A stretch of DNA of 64,000 nucleotides, from the NCBI GenBank assembly GCA_046075565.1, contig JBJTQJ010000082.1, positions 32,001 to 96,000 on the forward strand, read 5' to 3'. A program made the translations under genes and the position numbers. The first letter of the stretch is position 1, and every line of letters begins with the position of its first letter. The notes under the pieces are model-generated. The model had not been told where the DNA came from. It was given only the letters and a program-made list of their open reading frames with translations, and did not search any database. This document shows, one piece after another, positions 57,334 to 64,000 of the stretch. The DNA comes from Verrucomicrobiales bacterium (GTDB lineage: Bacteria > Verrucomicrobiota > Verrucomicrobiia > Verrucomicrobiales > SLCJ01).

Positions 57334-58092
57334 ATGCTACTGGTGGTCGACAACTCGAATCACACGACAAAGCTGGCCATCGCCGGGGAGGGCGGCTGGA
57401 TCGAGGGTTCGCGTCGCAGCCTGCCCAGCGCCGGACTAACGCCCCGGGACATTCGCAAAGCGCTACCCACCTCACCCGGTATCCGCGCCGTGGCTTGGGC
57501 CTCGGTCACTCGAGAAGGGCCCGAGGTTCTGCAAGCTCTCGCCCGCGAGCTGGGGATGGAGTCTATTGCGGTGTCGCCCGCATCGGCTCCTTTGGATTTT
57601 TCCGGCTACCCCGCTCCGGAGTCCATCGGGCCAGACCGCCTGGCCAATACCTTGGCGGCGGCGGCACGTTTCCCCGGGCAAGCCGTCATCGCCATTGATG
57701 CAGGCACGGCCATCACTTTCAGTGTCGCCCGACCCGGAAAAACAGACCGACCGGTTTTTCTTGGTGGAGCGATTGCGCCGGGCCTCGGTGTAATGGCCGC
57801 ATGGACCGCCGGACGCACCGCCCGATTGCCGGTGATCGACTTCCCGGCGACCGCTCCGGAGCCCATCGGAGCCGGGACCAACGAGGCCTTGGCGGCAGCT
57901 TCGTGGTTCGGAGCGAAAGGGATGGTTCGGGAGATTCTCTCCAAACAAATGCAGAGACTCGGCGGCACGGCGAAGGTCATCGTGACCGGCTCGGACGGAG
58001 AACGGGTTTGCGGCTGGCTGGGCGCATCGGCGGTTTTTGATCCCTGGCTCACGCTTGAAGGCATACGGATTTGTGGATCGATCGGTCATTGA
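57334..58092 (+). CDS. coaX: Type III pantothenate kinase
   Basis: LVVD..N..TK, ASV, IGPDR, IDAGTA.T, FLGGAIAPG, TG.D, LTLEG. Confidence 0.9.
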   Translation: MLLVVDNSNHTTKLAIAGEGGWIEGSRRSLPSAGLTPRDIRKALPTSPGIRAVAWASVTREGPEVLQALARELGMESIAVSPASAPLDFSGYPAPESIGPDRLANTLAAAARFPGQAVIAIDAGTAITFSVARPGKTDRPVFLGGAIAPGLGVMAAWTAGRTARLPVIDFPATAPEPIGAGTNEALAAASWFGAKGMVREILSKQMQRLGGTAKVIVTGSDGERVCGWLGASAVFDPWLTLEGIRICGSIGH

Positions 58093-58154
58093 GCCGCCAA
58101 CCTGTCGCATCTTCTTCTTGAAGCTCTGGCTGGTCCGGCGCACGCTAGTCAACT

Positions 58155-59108
58155 ATGAAAGCAATCGGCGTAGATTTCGGTGGAACCACCGTAAAAATCG
58201 GACTTTGTGTAGATGACCAGCTCTTGGACAAGCCGGGCATTATTCCCACCCATGAGCACGAGACCGCCGAAGAGTTGATCGATGCCATCTCCAGTCATGC
58301 CGACAGCCTCCGTGCGGCACACCCCGACATCACGGCCCTCGGGGTTGGGGTGCCTGGATTTGTGGATTTCGCAAAAGGTTACACCCACAAACTCACCAAT
58401 GTTCACGGCTGGGACGGCGTGCCGTTGCGCGATCTCCTCGCCGAACGCCTTGGCCTCATCGTTGCCGTGGACAATGATGCCAACTGCATGGCCTACGCCG
58501 AATGGCGGGCGGGGGCCGGACAAGGCTCCACGAATATGCTCGCCATCACGCTTGGGACCGGCGTGGGCGGTGGTTTGATCCTGAATGGCCGCATGCACCG
58601 CGGGGCATCCTCCGGTGCCGGCGAAGTCGGGCAAATGTCCATCCATTGGGAAGGACGCACGGGCGTCTATAACAACCGGGGCTGCCTCGAACAATACATC
58701 GGCCATCGCCAGATCACCCAACACGCGCACGAAATCTACAAGGCGGCTGGCATCGATCGCGATCGTGAAGAATGTGACCCTGCCAAATTAGCCCAAGCCG
58801 CCCACTCCGGCGACAGGGTTGCTCTCGGGGTGTGGGATGATGTCGCGCGTATGCTTGCCTGCGAACTCTGCAATGTCTGCTGGCTGGTCAGCCCCGACAC
58901 GATTGTTATCGGCGGCGGTATCGCCGGGGCAGAAGACGTGCTTTTTGATCCGCTCCGCAAACACATGCAGGGTCAGCTTCATCCCGTCTTCTGGGAAAGC
59001 TTGCGCCTTGTGCCGGCTCATTTCGGGAACGAAGCCGGAATCATCGGTGCGGCACGCCTTGCCCTAGATCAAGTTGACCAAACGCCTCCGACCGCCGCGC
59101 AGGGTTGA
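58155..59108 (+). CDS. ROK family sugar kinase (glucokinase-like)
   Basis: GVDFGGT, GVPG, DNDAN...AE, TLGTGVGGG, GE.G, GCLEQY, IGGG, GN.AG.IGAA. Confidence 0.92.
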   Translation: MKAIGVDFGGTTVKIGLCVDDQLLDKPGIIPTHEHETAEELIDAISSHADSLRAAHPDITALGVGVPGFVDFAKGYTHKLTNVHGWDGVPLRDLLAERLGLIVAVDNDANCMAYAEWRAGAGQGSTNMLAITLGTGVGGGLILNGRMHRGASSGAGEVGQMSIHWEGRTGVYNNRGCLEQYIGHRQITQHAHEIYKAAGIDRDREECDPAKLAQAAHSGDRVALGVWDDVARMLACELCNVCWLVSPDTIVIGGGIAGAEDVLFDPLRKHMQGQLHPVFWESLRLVPAHFGNEAGIIGAARLALDQVDQTPPTAAQG

Positions 59109-59137
59109 AGAGCGAATCGATAGCAGATGCCACGGCC

Positions 59138-59509
59138 ATGACTCCGAATCCCGAAAATGCCAGCACGCAAATCCCCGCCTCCGTGAAACGGGTGGGAATG
59201 GTCGTCGAACTTCGACCCGAACACATGGCCGAGTATCGCCGTTTGCACGCGGACGGTCATCCAGGTGTGCGCGACCTCTTATCAAAATACCATCTGCGCA
59301 ACTTCTCCATTTTTCTGCACCAAGTCGCAGGGCACTGGCTGGAGTTCGGCTACTACGAATACCACGGGGAAGATTTCGACGCCGACATGGCCGCGTTGGC
59401 GGCAGAACCACGCAATCAGGAATGGCTCGTGCGTTGCAACCCGATGCAGGCTCCCCTCGAAGGCGAAACCGGCTGGGCGACCATGGAGCAGATGTATTTC
59501 AATCCGTGA
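59138..59509 (+). CDS. rhaM: L-rhamnose mutarotase family protein
   Basis: EY.RLH, RNFSIF, FGYYEY, W...C...Q, W..ME. Confidence 0.8.
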   Translation: MTPNPENASTQIPASVKRVGMVVELRPEHMAEYRRLHADGHPGVRDLLSKYHLRNFSIFLHQVAGHWLEFGYYEYHGEDFDADMAALAAEPRNQEWLVRCNPMQAPLEGETGWATMEQMYFNP

Positions 59510-59658
59510 GAGTTGGATTAGGGATTGGCGCAAAAGCGTTGGAAAGAAACGCAATCGCGTAGGCGCTTTTTGAAAGAAGCGCCCGTCCTATTGGCTTAAA
59601 AATGGACGGTTGCCCGTTCCCCCTCCCGATGATGTCTAACATGCTTCTCTCTCGCCCC

Positions 59659-61845
59659 ATGAAGTCCTTGCCGCTCCTTGCCGCGTTGGCGCTCTTTCCT
59701 GCCTGCCTAGGCGCCGCCAACCACATCCATGTCTCGCCCGCTGGCAAAGACACCCATTCGGGTGCCGAGGATAGTCCGCTGGCCAGTCCGCACGCCGCCC
59801 GCGAAATGGCACGGAAAATCATTGCCAAAGGGCTCACGGAACCGGTGGAAATTGTTTTCGCGGCGGGCACCTACAGGCTGGATTCGCCTCTCGAACTCCG
59901 CCCCGAAGACTCGGGCACGGAGACATTCCCGGTCACTTGGAAGGCCGCGCCCGGCACAAAGGTGTTGTGGACCGGAGGGATAGAAATCCCGGCGAAGTGG
60001 AGCAAGGGCGAGAACGGCCTCTGGCAGGTCGATCTCAAGGGCGTTGGTCCGGCCGATTGGAATTTCCGCCAATTGTTCGTGGATGGGAAACGGATGAACC
60101 GCGCGCGTTTTCCGAATGCCGATGCACAGAACCCCTTCCTCTATGCGACCGGCGGCGACCTTGAACATGCCATCATCGCCCCCAAGTTGGTCAAAGAAAG
60201 TTGGGGCAAGGCCAAAGACGCGCAGATCAATATTGTGCCCCAATGGAGGTTCTTCAATCAATGGAATACGGTGACCAAAGTTGATCCGGCAACCGGCCGC
60301 ATCGACATCGCCGACAGCGAACGCCACGCCAAGGTTATTCCTGGCAACTGGTTCTGGATTGAAGGCGTGAAGGAGGAATTGGATCAAGCGGGCGAATGGT
60401 TTTTCGATGCGGAGAAACGCGTCCTCCACTTCATGCCACCCCCGGGTGTGGATCCGAACACGCTGAAGATTGTCGCGCCTGTCCTCAACCGTCTGGTCCA
60501 TGCCCAAGGCGATGTGAATGCCGGAACCCATGTCCAGCACGTGCACTTCGATGGCATCGAATTCCGCCACACGTCCTTCACCCTCGGCCACATCGAGGCC
60601 CGGGTCCACACCGACACCGTCCTCTTCTTCGAGAACACGCTCGATTGTTCCGTGCGCAACTGCCATTTCGAAAACATCGGCGGTTACGCGCTCTGGTTGC
60701 ATCTCGACAGCCGTCGTAACAAGTTTGATCGCAACACGGTGCGTGATTCGGGTGGCGGCGGTGTGCTCTTGACCGGAGCCCGCTTGTCCTACATGGACGA
60801 CACGAAGATCTACACGCCCGGCGAGGCGGCCGCCAAGGTGGCGCCCATTCTCAATGAGATCACCCGCAATGCCGTTGAACATTGCGGCAAGATTCGCTAC
60901 TACGGCGGCGGCGTGCATCTCGATTCGAGACCGTTCTCCATGTCGATGGAGCCCGGAAATCTGATTTCCCACAACTATTTCAACGACCTTTCCCGCAATG
61001 GTGTGTTCGCCTTCCGCAACCAGGGGGGCAACGTGGTCGAATACAACCACATCCACAACGCAATGCAGACAACCATCGATGGAGCTTGCATCCACTTCGC
61101 CACCATGAACCATCTCAACGCGCCGAATTTCATCCTCAACAACTGGCTCTACGATGCCTGGGGCTACGAGCAGAAACCGGACGGCAAGCCGATTCGCAAA
61201 CTTGGCAACGGTATCTTCCTCGACTGGGACACCAGCAACACAACCGTGCGTGACAACTGGGTCTACAACTCCGTCGGCGGCGCCATCAAGCCAATCTGGA
61301 ACAACCAGAACCTGGTCATTGAGAACAACCGCGAATCGGACGTGCGCATCGTGCCACCCTTCGAAAAGGATCTGGGACAGGATGGCAAGCTGACCAATGG
61401 GATCGACCTCGAATCCAACCGCCTTACCGGAAGCGTGATCCACTACAAGGACGACAAATACGTGAAGACGACCGGGAACTGGGAGCCAAAGAATGTCCAA
61501 GGCATGTGGGGGCTCTTCTCCTTCAACTATCTGGTGGGCACGGCGAACCCGCCATCCGAAGCCATTTATACCCTCCCGATTCCCGAAGATGGAGTCTATC
61601 AGATTTCCTTGCTCTATGCGGCTGGCAAAGGCCTGGCCACGAATGTGCCCATCACCATCCAACGCGCCGAAGGCAAAGCGGAAGTGAAGTGGGATATGAC
61701 CAAAGGTTCCCGCCACGGCTTTTCCGTGGAGATTGGAAGACACCGCTTCGAGAAGGGCAAACCGAGCACTGTGACCATTTCTACCCGCGGAACCAAAGGC
61801 AATGTCATCGCCGATGGCGTGGCTTTCGTGAAAGTAAGCGAGTGA
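59659..61845 (+). CDS. Secreted right-handed beta-helix glycoside hydrolase (GH141-like) with C-terminal Golvesin/xanthan-lyase-like module
   Basis: VSP.G.D...G...P.A, GTY.L..PL.L...DSG, RQLFVDG....ARFPN, LDQ.GEWF, beta-helix repeats, terminal VIADGV.F. Confidence 0.8.
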   Translation: MKSLPLLAALALFPACLGAANHIHVSPAGKDTHSGAEDSPLASPHAAREMARKIIAKGLTEPVEIVFAAGTYRLDSPLELRPEDSGTETFPVTWKAAPGTKVLWTGGIEIPAKWSKGENGLWQVDLKGVGPADWNFRQLFVDGKRMNRARFPNADAQNPFLYATGGDLEHAIIAPKLVKESWGKAKDAQINIVPQWRFFNQWNTVTKVDPATGRIDIADSERHAKVIPGNWFWIEGVKEELDQAGEWFFDAEKRVLHFMPPPGVDPNTLKIVAPVLNRLVHAQGDVNAGTHVQHVHFDGIEFRHTSFTLGHIEARVHTDTVLFFENTLDCSVRNCHFENIGGYALWLHLDSRRNKFDRNTVRDSGGGGVLLTGARLSYMDDTKIYTPGEAAAKVAPILNEITRNAVEHCGKIRYYGGGVHLDSRPFSMSMEPGNLISHNYFNDLSRNGVFAFRNQGGNVVEYNHIHNAMQTTIDGACIHFATMNHLNAPNFILNNWLYDAWGYEQKPDGKPIRKLGNGIFLDWDTSNTTVRDNWVYNSVGGAIKPIWNNQNLVIENNRESDVRIVPPFEKDLGQDGKLTNGIDLESNRLTGSVIHYKDDKYVKTTGNWEPKNVQGMWGLFSFNYLVGTANPPSEAIYTLPIPEDGVYQISLLYAAGKGLATNVPITIQRAEGKAEVKWDMTKGSRHGFSVEIGRHRFEKGKPSTVTISTRGTKGNVIADGVAFVKVSE

Positions 61846-61919
61846 GGGTGAGGCGAGCCTGAGGCCGGCGGGATTTGGTGAATAGCCGGGGGCCTTTCCG
61901 CCGTAGAATCAGCAATCCG

Positions 61920-64000
61920 TTGTTGATCCATGTTTTCCGCCCCATTCTCCCGCTTGTCTGCTGCTTACAACTCATTCTTCCGGTTTTCGCATCCGCGGCT
62001 TCCGCTCAATCGCCCGCGCCTGTCGCCCTTCGCTGCGAATACCTGCCCGAACCGCTGGGAGTAGAAACGAAGGCCCCGCGCTTTTCCTGGAAACTCCAGA
62101 GCCCGGACGGTGTGCGGGGACACAAACAGACGGCATGGCAGATACTCGTGGCCAGTGATCGCGCCAAGCTCGATCGCTACGAAGGGGATCTGTGGGACAG
62201 CGGGAAAATCGAATCCGATCAATCGGTCCTGATTCCCTACCAAAGCAAACCTTTGCTCTCGAGTATGGAATGCCACTGGAAGGTCAAGATCCACGATGAG
62301 AACAAGGCGGCAACGTAGTGGAGCAAGCCGGCGCGTTTTTCCATGGGAGTGTTGAAGAAGGATGACTGGCGTGGATCATGGATCCAGCACCCTGACGCAG
62401 CCAAGGACAAACATATCTGGTTTCGCAAATCACTGACATTGGAGCAGGAGGTGAAATCCGCTTTTCTTCATGTGGCCAGTTTGGGCTACCATGAGGTTTA
62501 TCTGAACGGCACAAAGGTGGACGACCGCCTGCTCGCACCGGCTGCGTCACGCCTCGACAAGCGGGTGTTATATGTCACTTACGACATCGGGCCTTTGCTC
62601 AAGAACGGCGAGAATGCCGTCGCGATCTGGCAAGGTCCGGGCCGGGCTCGGCTTCCGGAATTCAAAACCACTTCGGCAGTGCGAGTTCAAATGGAGGCGC
62701 TTACCAAAGACGGAAAACCTATTTCCCTGTCTTCGGATCAAACATGGCGCAGCCAGATCAGCTCGTGTGAAACCATCGGCGGCGCCAAATACAAAGACTT
62801 CGGGGGAGAACGCATCGATGCCCGCCAATTCATCGCGGATTGGGCTGCGGCGGGATTCGACGATTCGGCATGGCCGCAGGCAAAAGAAGTAGACATCAAT
62901 GTGAGCTTGTCGGCCCAGATGATCGAACCAACCCGGATTATCAAAAACCTTCCGGCCAAAAAAATCTCCAAGCGGGAAAATGGATATCGGGTCGATCTGG
63001 GGGGAAACTTCTCCGGTTGGGTTGAGGTCAAAATGCACAATCTCTCTTCCGGAGACCGCGTGATTATCCAAACCTCCGATGACCAAAAGACCTTACAAGA
63101 CTTCGGTCAAAAGAGCGAATACATCGCACGCGGGGAAAAGGTGGAAACCTTCCGCCATCGCTTCAATTATATGTGCGGGCGATACCTGCACATCCAAGGT
63201 CTCAATAAAGAGCCCGCGCTCGCCGACATCACGGGCTATGCCCTGAGCACCGATGTCCCGAAAACAGGTGGGTTCTCCTCCTCCAGCGATTTGTTCAACC
63301 GCATCCATGCCGTCGACTTGTGGACATGGCGGGCCAATCTTGTCGAGGGCTTTACGATGGATTGCCCGCACCGCGAGCGTCTAGGTTATGGGGAAGTCGC
63401 TCTGGCCTGCGGCTGGGGCATTGCGCTGCCGTTCTACGAAACCGGGGCCTATCATACCAAACTCGTGCGCGACTGGGTGGATGTGCAGAATAAGGACGGA
63501 TTTTTTCCCTTTGTCGCGCCCCAGGTCAAAGACACCTACGGCGGCCCCTTGTGGAGTAGCGCCGGCTTGAACATGGCGTGGGAGCTATACATCAACACCG
63601 GGGACACCCGTGTGCTCGAGGTCATCTACGAACCCGCGAAAAATGGCTCGGTTTCCTTCACTCGAAAACTTCCGACGGGCTCCTACAACCCACCCACAGT
63701 CATTGGGGAAAATTCCTAGGGGATTGGGCGGCACCGGGCGGCCGGAAGGAGCGGGGCGATTCGCCGGAAGCGAAGTTCTTCAACAATTGCGTTTATGCCC
63801 TCAATCTGGAAGAAGTGATCGAAATCGCCAAGGTGCTCGGCAAACCAGAGGATGCCGCATCTTATGCAACGCGTTTGCAGGAGCTGCGGAAGAACATCCA
63901 CACCGCCTATTTTGATGCCGCGAAAAATTTCTATGCCAACGGAACCCATGTCCAGCTTGCCTTTGCCCTGCTCACTGGCGTGGTCCCCGCGGAGCTGCGC
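61920..64000 (+). pseudogene. Alpha-L-rhamnosidase (GH78), interrupted by a nonsense codon and a frameshift; 3' end beyond window
   Basis: LRCEY..PLG....PRFSW, LWDSGK, DCPHRERLGY, FLGDW motifs; in-frame TAG at 62316-62318; frameshift at A5 run 63639-63643. Confidence 0.85.

Noticed and set aside
57212-57475. N-terminal extensions in ORF-track starts (thrS, gcvT, tsaB, hisI, pectate lyase and others)
   Set aside because: They overlap neighbouring genes or promoters; downstream ATGs match family N-termini.
62316-62318. Amber recoding (pyrrolysine or alternative genetic code)
   Set aside because: TAG ends other genes normally here (e.g. 24519, 43162, 52043, 54130), and the same gene also has a frameshift.
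1-64000. tRNA, rRNA, prophage, IS transposase or known defence operons
   Set aside because: None recognisable by eye; tRNAscan-SE, Infernal and DefenseFinder runs would be needed to exclude them formally.

Overview
GC-rich bacterial chromosome segment, most likely Verrucomicrobiota/PVC (inferred from the fused lpxC-fabZ, the long-form IspH, ThrRS with a catalytic-domain insert, and few Shine-Dalgarno sites). It holds about 55 CDS. Housekeeping genes: ispH, thrC, hisI, purQ, trpD, gcvT/gcvH, can, tsaB/tsaE/queG, acs, lpxC-fabZ/lpxA, rpe, thrS, coaX. Others: a Zn/Mn ABC uptake operon ending in a His-rich outer-membrane protein, a 2024-aa alpha-2-macroglobulin, two L,D-transpeptidases, and pectin/rhamnose catabolic genes including a doubly broken GH78 rhamnosidase. 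I saw no tRNA, rRNA, CRISPR array, integrase or transposase. The most unusual signal is non-coding. Most of the larger intergenic gaps carry small mobile-looking DNA of three kinds. (i) Elements whose two ends are short tandem-repeat arrays in inverted orientation (7-, 9/10- and 15-nt units); the largest of these encloses a GxxExxY nuclease-fold gene and two gene-less copies with the same ends lie elsewhere. (ii) Several GTAG/GGAG REP/REPIN families. (iii) Clear nested insertions of one small element into the hairpin of another. All product calls come from motif recognition by eye; no database searches were run.
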